Shown here: piece by piece, positions 36,350-47,936 of the stretch
Position numbering within the stretch: position 1 is the first letter of the stretch
How the letters are laid out: the number at the start of each line of letters is the position of its first letter
Assembly: GCA_051313645.2 (NCBI GenBank)
Contig: JBNRSN020000002.1
Coordinates: 434,496,001 to 434,560,000 of the forward strand
Length of the DNA: 64,000 nucleotides
Reading direction: 5' to 3'
Source: Centroscyllium fabricii
Taxonomy: Eukaryota
Translations under genes and position numbers: made by a program
Notes under the pieces: model-generated
Databases searched by the model: none
What the model saw: only the letters and a program-made list of their open reading frames with translations
Told to the model about the DNA's origin: nothing

Positions 36350-36386
36350 AGTTAACGTTTCAGGTCAATGACCCTTCGTCAGAACT
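36350..36386 (-). ncRNA. Minimal type I hammerhead ribozyme motif (family A)
   Basis: AGUU-CUGACGA-A-GGGUC-AUU-GACCU-GAAA-CGUU-AACU: conserved core, stem II, palindromic stem III and stem I. Confidence 0.65.
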
Positions 36387-36416
36387 GGAAAAAGTTGGCG
36401 ATGGAACAGGTTTTAA

Positions 36417-36987
36417 TTCAATTCAATTCAAGTTTTATTGTCATTGCAGAGTACTAGTACAATACAACGAGACGAAGACTCACCGCTCCCGAGAGTAGTG
36501 CAAATAAATTACATGCAAATTGCAGACAGTAAGGTACATTTTCAGGTGTGCAGGTACCGGAGTTTACTTTTAGAGTTCAGGTGGCTGACAGCCCTGGGGG
36601 AAGAAGCTGTTCTTAAATCTGGTCGTGCGGGTGCGAATTGATCTGTAGCGTCTCCCGGAGGGCAGGGGGGCGAACAGACTGTGGCTGGGGTGTGTGGGGT
36701 CTTTAATAATGTTCAGAGACCTCCGTAGGCAGCGTTTGAGGTAGATGCTTTCAATTGACGGTAGCTGGGTACCGGTGATTCGTTGGGCAGTTTTGACTAC
36801 CCGCTGCAGGGTCTTCCGGTCCGAGATGGTGCAGTCTCCATACCAGACTGTGATGCAGCTTGTCAGTATGCTTTCCATTGTGCAGCGGTAGAAGTTGGAG
36901 AGGATGCCGGATGACAGCCTGGCTTTTTTCAGCTTCCTTAGGAAGTACAGGCGCTGTTGGGCCTTCTTAGCCAGAGAGGAGGTGTTT
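36417..36987 (-). mobile_element. Rex1/Babar LINE 3' end
   Basis: ESILTSCITVWYG..LQRVVKTAQRI..IIKDPTHPSHSLF.LPSGRRYRS..NSFFP. Tail GACAATAAA(TTGAA)n. TSD AGGTTTTAA. Confidence 0.9.
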
Positions 36988-37097
36988 AGGTTTTAAGCAA
37001 GTGTAGGGGCAGGGAAAGGGGGGAGGGGAGGAAAGAACTAAAGGTAAAGTCTGCGATCGGATGGAAGGCAGGAGAGATTAAGAGGCAAAAGGAATAA

Positions 37098-37926
37098 TTC
37101 CCGGTTTTCCTGTGCTCCAGAGGAGCTGCACACTCACGAAGGGGGGTCCGAAATGCCCTGTGGGTGTGCAGCACGGGGGATGCCCATGAACGGGAATTTC
37201 CTGTGCTGATTTTTAAGGCCCGTCAGCATCCAATGCATGAAGACCTTGCACTGACGATTTCCTGTCAGAACGGTGATTTTTGGAGAGTGATTCCGTGTGC
37301 AACTGGCTCACAAGCTGCACACAGAAAAACCAGTAGTAAACTCGTGCGTGAGGGACAAGATTAAGTTACTAAAGCAGGTAAGTTAATTTTTTAACTTTAA
37401 TTTAAATTTTTTACAGTTTTTGGGAGTAATGTGGCCAGATCGGTAGCGTTAAATTTTTAAGTTAAAGTTTTTAAAAAAATTTTACAAATCCGATTTTAAG
37501 TTAATTTACCTGTTTCAAATCACTAATTTTTAAAGTGACATTTTTAACTCTCTAGCTATTAAAAAATCTAAGAGGATAAAATGGCAGACTTACCTTGCGT
37601 TTCTTCCTCTGAGAAGCTGCTCTGCCCGCGCTGCTCCCCCACCGAGTCTGTGAGTGCAGCTCCGCACTTCCCTGCTCTCACAAAGGTCCGACTCGGGATC
37701 TGTGCGCATTTTTAAATTTAAATTAGGGATCTGGGGGCGTTTTTAATTTAAATTTGGGATCTGTGGGCGGGTCATACACTGCGCACCTAGTGTGGCTGGA
37801 CTGCCACGCAGCGCAGGAACGGGGAGGAAATTGAGGGTGAAACTTCTGTGCGATGTTGGTGCGTGCGATTAGGTGTCCACAGGGTCCTAGCGCACGCACT
37901 AACCGGCACACAGGAAAACCTGGCCC
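37098..37926. mobile_element. Harbinger-like MITE
   Basis: Inverted ends CCGGTTTTCCTGTG / CACAGGAAAACCTGG interrupting the Penelope fragment. Confidence 0.55.
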
Positions 37927-38454
37927 ATTGGTGCAAGGCCAAAGGAGATGGTAATGGGACAAGTTAAGAAACAAATGATGTCTCCAGATGGAAGTGTAAA
38001 TGGCAATGACAGAATGATCGACATCTGCCATATGAGAGAGGGAGAAAAAATAAATAAATGGAAAGAAAAAAACATAGGGACAGAGGTTATGGTCTGAAAT
38101 TGTTGAACTCAATGTTGAGTCCAGAAGGCTGTAAAGTGCACAGCAAGATTCCACAAACAGCAATGAAACAAATGGCCAGATCATCTGCTTTAACTGCTGG
38201 TTGAAGGATAAATGTTTTGCTGGGACACCGGCAGAACTCCCCAGCTCTATGAATAGTGCCATTTTTTTTTTACATCCACCTGAGAAGGCAGATGGGGCCT
38301 CGGCTTAACATCTCATCCGAAAGACGTCACCCCTTCACTACTGCACTGAGCTATCGGGCCAATTATGTGCTCAACTTTATGGAGTGCAGTTTCAACTCAT
38401 GACCTTCTGATGTGGAGGCGAGAGAGCTACCAACTGAGCCAAGGCTGGCACATG

Positions 38455-39275
38455 ATCACACTGAAACTTATAAAATTCTAACAGGACTAGACAGACTTGA
38501 TGCAGGAAGGATGTTCCCGATGGCGGGGGAGTCCATACCAGGGGTCACAGTATAAGGATAAGGGGTAAGCCATTGAGGACAGAGATGAGAAAGAATTTCT
38601 TCACCCAGAGAGTGGTGAACCTGTGGAATTTTCTACCGCAGAGTGCAGTTGAGGCCAAGTCATTAAATATATTCAAGAAGGAGTTAGATATATTTCTTAG
38701 AGCTAAAGGGATCAAGGGATATGGGGAGAAGGCAGGGACAGGGTACTGAGTTTGGATGATCAGCCATGATCTCATCGAATGGCGGAGCAGGCTCGAGGGG
38801 CCGAATGGCTTACTCCTGCTCTTATCTTCTATGTTTCTATATTTACAAGCCATTTAGGACAGAGATGAGGAGGGATTTCTTCACCCAAAGAGTGGTGAAC
38901 CCGTGGAACGATGGCACTGGAGAATGGCTGATGTCTTGCGGGCTCCGTGCGTGCCGGGCAGCTTAATGTCCTTGTTGCGCGGTTGTTGCGCGGTGCGTTC
39001 GGATCGCAATAAGCATTTCACTGTCTAGATTGTATTTAGTACATGTGACAATAAACTTGAACTTGAACACAGAGGGCGGTGGAGGTCAATTCATTAAATA
39101 TATTCAAGAAGGAGTTGGATATATTTCTTAAGGCTAAAGGGATCAAGGGATATGGGGAGAAAGCAGGGACAGGGTACTGAATTTGGATGATCAGCCATGA
39201 TCGCATTGAATGGTGGAACAGGCTCGAGGGGCCGAATGGCCTACTCCTGCTCCTATCTTCTATGTTTCTATGTTT
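38455..39275 (+). mobile_element. Two tandem CR1 3' ends, the second interrupted at 38911-39068
   Basis: Repeated FRTEMRR.FFTQRVVN and two complete 3' tails. Confidence 0.85.
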
Positions 39276-39676
39276 AATGAACAATTTACTGGGTTAGAGA
39301 AGGGATTTGCCTCCTATCCAACGGTGTGACAATGCCCCCACCGTGTTTAGGGTTTTATATCAGTGTCTGGTCAGATTTATAATAACCTTTTCTTTTTTTT
39401 TAAGGAAAGCAAAATACATTCTCGACGTGCAAATCAAACGCAGTGACACCAGGCCCGCTTCTGGAGATGGAGGCTTGCTGACGACCTGACCTGACCTGAC
39501 CTGCCTGCTGTTCTCTCACCTTCAGCAAAATCCATAGTTGACGTCATTTCCACTCCAGACTGCGCTAATACGGTGATTCCTTTTGCACTCAGTCTGTTGC
39601 AGAGTTGCGAAGAGCTGTTGTGCAGCACAACCTCCCTCCTCCCAAAACCCAGACCAAGGCACTGCACCCCATTCAC

Positions 39677-39905
39677 TTGCCAAACCCCATTCAATTTTGC
39701 CAAACCCCATTCAATTTTGTCAAACCCCATTCAATTTTGCCAAACCCCATTCAATTTTGCCAAACCCCATTCAATTTTGCCAAACCCCATTCAATTTTGC
39801 CAAACTCCGTCCACTTTTGCCAAACGCCATTCAATTTTGCCAAACCCCATTCAATTTTGCCAAACTCCGTCCACTTTTGCCAAACCCCCATTAAATTTTG
39901 CCAAC
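39677..39905. repeat. 20-bp minisatellite
   Basis: About 11 units of GCCAAACCCCATTCAATTTT, two of them the variant GCCAAACTCCGTCCACTTTT. Confidence 0.9.
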
Positions 39906-39968
39906 CAATACGCCATTTGTATTAACTCTTGCAGTTTGGATTATGGTCTGTCCTGAACAATTCAACTA

Positions 39969-40917
39969 CAGGTTGAGCACCGGTAATCCGGCACCCTCGG
40001 GACCAGGCCGGTGCCGGACCACTGAAAATTCCGAACCACTGAAGGTTGAAGAAGGGATCGAAAACTTACTGATTAGCAGAGCTGTCTTGTATTTCAGAGT
40101 GAGGGAATGGCAGAGATAATTGACGGGGCTGAATTTGTGGTCAGAGGCTTCCCGCAGGGAAATGCCACCGATCCACAAATAAATTGCCCGCCTAACTGGT
40201 GGTCCAGGAGGTACGGAGATTCGCGGTCCTGGGACTCTCCGGGTGCTGGCGGGTAGAGGTCCACGTATCCCGGGGTGCAGGCGGTTCGTGAGCGTCCCTG
40301 GTTTCGCGTGGGCCGGCCTAACGAATGAGCGAAGGGAATCCCCATTCATTCTTATCGGTATTCCGTATGTATGGAAACCCCATAAATATGAATTGGAAGA
40401 CCCGAGAAAATACACTTAGACATCAAACAAATAAAAATAATCACATTGTAGAGGCATGCAGGCCTGAAGAACCACGCTGGACACAGAAGATTCGGAAAAC
40501 AATCATTTAATATTAACTCAGCTATGGCCAGGTAGCGAAAGAGACTGAGCCACCTGGAACCAAGGTATTTAAAGGACCCGCGGTTGGTGACGTCACTGCC
40601 GGGTGTCCACCTGGCGACGTCATCACGCCGGAAGTCGCGGTGACGTCATCACGCCGCCCGGCGGGCGGGGCCGTCTCACAGTACTCCCGAGGCGGATTTG
40701 ATGGTCCTGGTGGGCGTGTCGCCACAACATATTTAAAATTAATTAAAATGGCATTTAATTAAAGATTTAAAACAAAAATTTTATTTTTTGAAAAATGTAT
40801 TTACATGCTTTACAGCCGGAAACGGTGGCGCTGCCGAGCGGCTACGCCGCAAACTGAAGACCGCTGGTTTCAATTCGTGCCGGACCATCGGGTGCCAGAT
40901 TACCGGTGCTCAACCTG
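39969..40917 (-). mobile_element. Tigger-like MITE (family of 7178-7524) with nested inserts
   Basis: TA|CAGGTTGAGCACCGGTAATC...GATTACCGGTGCTCAACCTG|TA. Confidence 0.8.
40447..40726 (-). mobile_element. Solo LTR related to the 49018-52903 element
   Basis: Reverse complement TGTGGCGACACGCCCACCAG...ATGCCTCTACA, with 4-bp TSD ACAT. Confidence 0.9.
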
Positions 40918-41987
40918 TACTACATGGCAGGCACACTTTGACCCACATCAAGATTACACACAGTCAGTACAGGTACACAATCCTTTATCCAAAAACCTCG
41001 GGACCAGGCGGTCTTCGGTTTTCGGATAATTTCGGGATGGTGCCCAGTGTGCATGCGCATTGCCGTGTTGGCGGCCGATAGCGCCTCTGAAACGGTAGGA
41101 GATTGTGGGCTCACAACAGAAACCACTGAAGAAACTCAGCAGGCCAGGCAGCATCGGTGGAGAGAGGAGCAGAGTTGATGTTTCAGCTGCAAGAAGTCAC
41201 ACAACACCAGATTATAGTCCAACAGTTTTATTTTAAATCACAAGCTTTCAGAGCTTTTGCCCCTTCGTCAGGTGAAAGAGAGACTGACTTAAAGAACGCA
41301 CATATGGGAGGAAGGGAGAAATCCGATCTCTCCCACATCTCACCTTAGCAGAGATAGACAGAGCACACAAAGGCATATTAACATATTTTAAGAGATTAAT
41401 TTAAACATAGCATATATATATATATATAGAGAGAGAACAATGTGGTCTCTCCAGCTGTTTCACATCACACCTCAGCTGAGGGACATCAAAGCAATCAAAG
41501 GTGTTCTAACATATCAGTCAGCCTGAGATCAAAGGGTGCAGTCACAAAGGGTCAAACGTTACAGTCTGCTGTCCTTGAAAATCCTACAGAATGATTTTTA
41601 AAAAAACAAGGATTTTTCTTACTGAAAATCGCAGAACAAGCCAAAGATGGTTTGACTGCTGAAATGTTCACATGTAGCGCGACATAAATCCAATATCATG
41701 GTCAGTGTTGGGAAAGTTCACACTTAACAAGAGCTAGCTCAAAGTTCAGTTCAATCATTTTAAAATGAACTAGTTCAAGTTCATAGTTCATAATTTTGAA
41801 TTTTGAACTTAAGTTCGCAGCTCAAAAATGAACTAGTTCAAAGTTCGTTTTTTTTTCCTTTTCTTCTAATGCGCTGCCCCGAGCTATTATTTTTCAATAG
41901 AACATCCTCAATGCAAATTATGAAGCAGGAGGAACAAATATCCGATATAGAGAACTGTCTGTATGTATATACACAGGCTGAGTATAT

Positions 41988-42375
41988 AGGGCGGCACGGT
42001 GGCACAGTGCTTAGCACTGCTGTCTCACAGCACTGGAGACCCGGGTTCAAATCCAGCCTTGGGTACTATCTGTGTGGAGTTTGCACATTCTCCCCGTGTC
42101 TGCGTGGGTTTCCTCCGGGTGCTCCGGTTTCCTCCCACAGTCCAAAGATGTGCAGGGTTAGGTTGATTGGCCATGATAAACTGACCCTTAGTGTTAGGGG
42201 GATTGAATATATGGGAATAGGGTGGGATATGTGTCAGTGCAGGCTCGATAGGGATCGAGGGAAAATGGGGAGAGGGCAGGGGCGGGTTACAGGGTTTGGA
42301 TGATCAGCCATGATCTCATTGAATGGTGGAGCAGGCTTGAAGGGCTGAATGGCCGACTCCTGCTCCTATCTTTCT
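41988..42375 (+). mobile_element. V-SINE (HE1-like)
   Basis: Near-identical layout to 10944-11338. Confidence 0.88.
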
Positions 42376-42399
42376 AAATATGAGAGAGAGAGAGAGACA

Positions 42400-44010
42400 C
42401 CCCCCCCTTGTCTCTTCCCCCCCCCGTGTCTCACCCTCCCCCCCGTCTCTCTTCCCCCCCCCGTCTCTCTTCCCCCCCCGTCTCTCTTCCCCCCCCCGTG
42501 TCTNNNNNNNNNNNNNNNNNNNNNNNNNNNNNNNNNNNNNNNNNNNNNNNNNNNNNNNNNNNNNNNNNNNNNNNNNNNNNNNNNNNNNNNNNNNNNNNNN
42601 NNNNNNNNNNNNNNNNNNNNNNNNNNNNNNNNNNNNNNNNNNNNNNNNNNNNNNNNNNNNNNNNNNNNNNNNNNNNNNNNNNNNNNNNNNNNNNNNNNNN
42701 NNNNNNNNNNNNNNNNNNNNNNNNNNNNNNNNNNNNNNNNNNNNNNNNNNNNNNNNNNNNNNNNNNNNNNNNNNNNNNNNNNNNNNNNNNNNNNNNNNNN
42801 NNNNNNNNNNNNCCCCCGTCCGTCTCTCTCCCCCCCGTCCGTCTCTCTCCCCCCCGTCCGTCCGTCTCTCTCCCCCCCCCGGTCCGTCTCTCTCCCCCCC
42901 CCCGTCCGTCTCTCTCCCCCCCACCCCGTCCGTCTCTCTCTCCCCCCTCCGTCCGTCTCTCTCCCCCCCGTCCGTCTCTCTCCCCCCCCCGCCCGTCCGT
43001 CTCTCTCCCCCCCCCCGCCCGTCCGTCTCTCTCCCCCCCCCGCCCGTCCGTCTCTCTCTCCCCCACCCCCGTCCGTCTCTCTCCCCCCCCCGCCCGTCTC
43101 TCTCTCTCTCCCCCCCGCCCCTCTCCCCCCCCCGCCCGTCTCTCTCCCCCCCCCGCCCCTCTCCCCCCCCGCCCGTCTCTCTCCCCCCCGCCCGTCTCTC
43201 TCTCCCCCCCCGCCCGTCTCTCTCCCCCCCGCCCGTCTCTCTCTCCCACCCCCCCGTCCGTCTCTCTCCCCCCCCGCCCCTCTCCCCCCCCGCCCGTCTC
43301 TCTCTCTCCCCCCCCCGCCCGTCTCTCTCTCCCCCCCCCGTCTCTCTCTCCCCCCGCCCGTCTCTCTCTCCCCCCCGCCCGTCTCTCTCTCCCCCCCCGC
43401 CCGTCTCTCTCCCCCCCGCCCGTCCGTCTCTCTCCCCCCCCGCCCCTCTCCCCCCCACCGCCCGTCTCTCTCTCTCTCCCCCCGCCCCTCTCCCCCCCCC
43501 GCCCGTCTCTCTCTCTCTCCCCCCCCCGCCCCTCTCCCCCCCCCCGCCCGTCTCTCTCTCCCCCCCCCGTCTCTCTCTCCCCCCCCGTCTCTCTCTCCCC
43601 CCCCGTCTCTCTCTCCCCACCCGCCCGCCCGTCTCTCTCTCCCCCCCGCCCGTCTCTCTCTCCCGCCCCCGCCCCCGCCCGTCTCTCTCCCCCCCCCCGC
43701 CCGTCCGTCTCTCTCCCCCCCGCCCTCTCCCCCCCCCCGCCCGTCTCTCTCTCTCTCCCCCCCGCCCCTCTCCCCCCCCGCCCGTCTCTCTCTCTCTCCC
43801 CCCCCCGCCCCTCTCCCCCCCCCGCCCGTCTCTCTCTCCCCCCCGTCTCTCTCTCCCCCCCCCCGTCTCTCTCTCCCCCCCCGTCTCTCTCTCCCCCCCC
43901 CGCCCGCCCGTCTCTCTCTCCCCCCGCCCGTCTCTCTCTCCCGCCCCCGCCCCCGCCCGTCTCTCTCCCCCCCGCCCCCGCCCCCGCCCGCCGGTCTCTC
44001 TCTCTCCTCT
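42400..44010. repeat. C/T-rich low-complexity array (CCCGTCTCTCTC..)n containing an assembly gap
   Basis: Direct reading. N run at 42504-42811. Confidence 0.95.
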
Positions 44011-44986
44011 CCCCGAGAGAGAGAGAGAGATTTTTTTGCAAAGCAAAGCCCCGCAGAGCCCTCAGTACAGAGCACTCAGCAGGTCCGGCACACTCACCGT
44101 CGATGGTTTCAGACCCGACCCTTCCCGCATGGAAGGCAGCAGCGACTCGTGTTGCTCTGCGCATGCGTCACATGCCGCAAGAGCGCTGCAAGAGCGCCGC
44201 TCAAACCCTGCAGTCTGAGCGCCGCTCACGTTTTCGCTCAGGCTGCTGGGAAAGCGCGCTCGTTCAGCGTTCACGAAAATGTGAACGCGCTCGTGAACGC
44301 GCGCTCATTTAGCGCGCTCACGGACAACACTGATCATGGTTGAGGCCATGCTCATGGGTGCGGAACTTGGCCGCGCAACAATCGCCAGGCAGGAGTGTTC
44401 CCTCCCAGTCGGGGAACATTTCAGCAGTCAAGGACATTCAGCTTCCGATCTTCAGGTAAGCATTCTCCAAGGTGGCCTTCAAGACACACGACAACGCAAA
44501 ATCGTCGAGCAGAGGCTGATAGCCAAGTTCCGCACCCATGAGCACGGCCTCAACCGTGATATTGGATTTATGTCACGCTACATGTGACCCCACCTGACGT
44601 AGAGTCATCCAGACTCGAACCATCTTTGGCTTGTTCTGCGATTTTCAGTAAGAAAAATCCTTGTTTTTTAAAAAATTCTGTGGGATTTTCAAGGACAGCA
44701 GACTGTAACGTTTGACCCTTTGTGACTGCACCCTTTGATCTCAGGCTGACTGATATGTTAGAACCCCTTTTGATTGCGTTGATGTCCCTCAGCTGAGGTG
44801 TGATGTGAAACAGCTGGAGAGACCACATTGTTCTCTCTCTATATATATATGCTATGTTTAAATGAATCTCCTAAAATATGTTAATACGCCTTTGTGTGCT
44901 CTGTCTATCTCTGCTAAGGTGAGATGTGGGAGAGATCGGATTTCTCCCTTCCTCCCATATGTGCGTTCTTTAAGTCAGTCTCTCTT

Positions 44987-45024
44987 TCACCTGACGAAGG
45001 GGCAAAAGCTCCGAAAGCTTGTGA
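44987..45024 (+). ncRNA. Minimal type I hammerhead ribozyme motif (family B)
   Basis: UCAC-CUGACGA-A-GGGGC-AAAA-GCUCC-GAAA-GCUU-GUGA. Confidence 0.65.
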
Positions 45025-45569
45025 TTTAAAATAAAACTGTTGGACTATAACCTGGTGTTGTGTGACTTCTTGCATTTGTCCACCCCAGTCCAACACTGGC
45101 ACCTCCACATCATGGCTACTATCAATGTTTCAGGTGAAAGACCTTTTTTCAAAAGGAGATTGTGGGCCATTGATACCGGGGCTCGGGCGCAGCGCTGTGT
45201 GAGGGAGGCTGCAGCGGTGGCCCGCGGAATGGCAGGCCGTCCTCGCCCATTAAAGGGGAGGGGCCTAGCGCGGCTGCGGCCAGAGCCCCGCGGGGCCGCC
45301 GAGGGACCGGGAGCTGCAGAACGAGCCCGGCGTTCGGGGGAAGTGCCGGGCTCAGCCGAGGGAGGGCTCACCCTGCCGAGGGAGCCAGAGAATGAGCCCA
45401 GCACTCAGGGGAGGTGCCGGGCTCAGTTGAGGGAGGGTTCACCCCGCCGGGGGAGCCGGAGAACAAGCCCGGCACTGGAGGGAAGTGCCAGGCTCAGCTG
45501 CGGGAGGGCTCACCCGCAGTTTCTACATTTCCTATCGAGCAGTGCAAGGGATGGAATGGGAATGTAATA

Positions 45570-45937
45570 CAGGTTGAGCACCGTTAATCCGGCACGCGCG
45601 GGACCAGGCCCGTGCCGGGAAAGTGAAAATCCCGAACGATTGAAGCTTCGGCGAGCGCATGCGCAGACCATTGAAAATGGCTGCCTTGAAAGGCCAGCGG
45701 CCATTTTGAGTGGTCTGCACATGCGCTTATCGTTCGGGGAGTCCCGGCCCAGCCCGCGTTCGGGGAGTCCCGGCCCAGCCCGCTATCGGCTCGGTGAGAC
45801 CATTGTGAATGATCTGCGCATGCCGAAGCATGAATCGTGGTGGCCATTTTGCGCATGCGCGGGGCAGTCGGGGAAATTATTGCCGGACGTTCGAAGTTGC
45901 CGATTTTTCGGGAAACGGATTAACGGTGCTCAACCTG
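45570..45937. mobile_element. Tigger-like MITE (subfamily of 19788-20340)
   Basis: TA|CAGGTTGAGCACCGTTAATCC...GGATTAACGGTGCTCAACCTG|TA. Confidence 0.88.
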
Positions 45938-46329
45938 TACTTACTACACCGGTATGATTCAAATTAGCTTTCAAAACGGGTCAGGTTTGGCGCAACTCGG
46001 GTCATTTTGAAATTTCAGTTTTTGGAGCTTTTCGGTTTTTGGAGTTGCGGATAAAGGATTGTGCACCTGTAAAAGACACAAACATCACAGGGAAAATACT
46101 GCAGGCATGAGACGCAGAAAATGGCCTCTTGGGCCTTACTTGTTCAACAAGAAAATGTAAATAGATTTAATTTTAGTTCATGTTTCCTTAACTGAAAACC
46201 TTTTCCCCACCACCCCATTTATTACTTTGCCCTTTTTAGTTCTTGGTGTATATTTTAGTAATAGCTATTTTATTTTAATTAAACCTAGAGATCAGGGAAG
46301 TATCTAAGAAATCCCTCTGTTTCTGCCAG

Positions 46330-47055
46330 AAAAGAGCTCGCAGGAAGACATGTGGTCCTCGCTGTGTTATTTGTACCAAGTACTGAGCTCTGAGCTTCTG
46401 TACGGTGTCCTGTAGTGCTCAGTCACAGGGGGGGGAGGGGAGAGTCGTCCGCTCGGCCACAGTAACTTTGGTGAAAAAGCCATGGAAACCCCAGGAAAGT
46501 GGCATTAAAAAGAATGCTGTTTCTCCAGATTTTGGCCGCTCTTTCGCCGAAGCTACAGCGGACGAGCGGGAGAATCCCCATAGAAATTCCCCATCCCCCC
46601 ATAATGACAAATCATCATGTGCGGGTCGAAATCGTTGCTACATTTATTCTCAAATACAGAATCGCAGACCTTGTGTCAGCTCTACCATCACACACTGGTG
46701 TTTCAGAAAAATTAGCACTTGTAGAGTTGCTGTTTTTTTAAATCCTGTTTATGTTATGTGCTTGTCTCTTTATGTTTGTAACTATCTCCTAGTTAGATCT
46801 TAGTGTTGCCTTTTTTGTCAATAGAGTTTATCTGGTGCTATGTACTGTAATTCATTATGGTATAACGGATTCAAGCCATTAACTTAAAAAAAAGAAATGT
46901 CATAGTGGCTCAAATCTTTTATGTACAGAATTTTGCCAAATTCAAATATGTCACAAGTTTGTGTGTTTTTTTTGTGCGGAAAAATACTGTGCTGTAAATT
47001 TGCCATTGTCTGTAACCTCAAACTTGTGGAACAAACTAAATATCATTTGAATACC
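46330..47055 (+). other. Possible terminal exon or 3' UTR of an unidentified host transcript
   Basis: Acceptor CCCTCTGTTTCTGCCAG at 46329, non-repetitive sequence, AT-rich UTR-like tail. No canonical AATAAA and no product recognised. Confidence 0.25.
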
Positions 47056-47126
47056 ACGTGTGACTCAATCAATTGATTGCATCTTCCGCTCATTCATAGT
47101 TTGCTTTGCTACAATCAAGACCCCAA

Positions 47127-47936
47127 GGGGGGAAAAATTCAGTATCACCCCGTTTGGGGCGCCATTATCGGCCGTGCGCAAAGTTTAGCGCCTGGTGCTA
47201 ATTATCGCCTCCGACGGAAAACTTGGCTTTTATCACTCCTGGAGGTGACTGGAGCGCTAAATCAGTCGCTTCACACCTGTCTTAAGGCGCAAAGGCCAAG
47301 GAGTGAGGCGCTACCTCAGAGCGCTGCCGAAGCAAGGAAGGGCAAATCAAAATGAACCCTCAAAGTGCTGCTCAGTACCCAAAACTCCTTCACACAGTGT
47401 TGAATCTCTCCAGAAGTCAATTCAATTCAATTCAATTCAATTCAAGTAGCTTTATTGGCATGAATGGTATCAACCTTTGTTGCCAAAGCATTTACATACA
47501 TAAAAATACATTAGTCGAACATTGTAACATACATATAAATAATACATTTTTAGATGTATTCTCTCTCTCTCATGCATGGTGCAAAAATGTCACCAACAAT
47601 AAAAGGTAGGATGTGGTCACCTTTAAATAGCGCTCCCCCAGTCCCTTTCTGACTGCAGAACGCTCCCCTCTACGTAGCGTTAAGGCAGGGGGCGCCACTC
47701 AATATCCGGTCCGGGGCGCCACCGGGGCGTTGCGCACTCGATTGATGTCATGATCTGCCAGCGCAGGAGATCGTGGCGGTCGTGTTTAGTGCCATTGCAA
47801 AATGTCCAGTTAATTTCGCGAGTGGCGCAAACGTCGCCGCGCCCGGACTCTAGTTGCTTTGGGCCCCATTAGCGCCCTCTTAAGGTGCTAACAGGTAACG
47901 GGAGGTGCAAACAACTGAATTTCCCCCCCCCCCCTC
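47127..47936. mobile_element. Harbinger-like MITE
   Basis: GGGGGGAAAAATTCAGT / ACTGAATTTCCCCCC ends, CAA flanks, GCGC-rich subterminal repeats. Confidence 0.7.

Larger units (their letters stand above)
36285..38140 (-). mobile_element. Penelope family-A 3' fragment, split by a Rex1 LINE and a MITE
   Basis: pLTR as at 2784-3030, and the GIY-YIG end ..LQPSGLNIEFNNF at 38085-38140. Confidence 0.75.
41703..44332. mobile_element. Non-autonomous hAT-like DNA transposon
   Basis: CAGTGTTG...CAACACTG ends and perfect 8-bp TSD ATCATGGT (41695-41702 and 44333-44340). Confidence 0.85.
41188..45120 (+). mobile_element. Penelope family-B insertion with long inverted 5' arm
   Basis: 41188-41702 is the reverse complement of about 44555-45075. 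GIY-YIG C-terminus LPVGEHFSSQGHSASDL..EQRLIAKFRTHEHGLNRD at 44372-44587. ATGTTTCAG on both flanks. Confidence 0.85.
40970..46069. mobile_element. Tc1/pogo-like MITE (family of 14857-15279) expanded by nested insertions
   Basis: TA|CAGGTACACAATCCTTTATCC...GGATAAAGGATTGTGCACCTG|TA. Confidence 0.75.

Noticed and set aside
39404-39489. Acceptor followed by KAKYILDVQIKRSDTRPASGDGGLLTT*
   Set aside because: It is an isolated signal that cannot be linked to any other exon or known protein.
39677-39905. Regular 20-bp repeats as a CRISPR array or repeat protein
   Set aside because: Units are head-to-tail with no unique spacers, the context is eukaryotic, and there are no cas genes.
42316-44343. Six ORFs of 570-660 aa (Pro/Ser/Leu-rich or Arg/Gly/Glu-rich)
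   Set aside because: They arise from a stop-free C/T low-complexity array plus a 308-N gap, and are open in all six frames.
46384-46803. Selenocysteine readthrough of the TGA after CVICTKY into ORF 46405-46803
   Set aside because: I found no SECIS-like hairpin and no similarity to a known selenoprotein.
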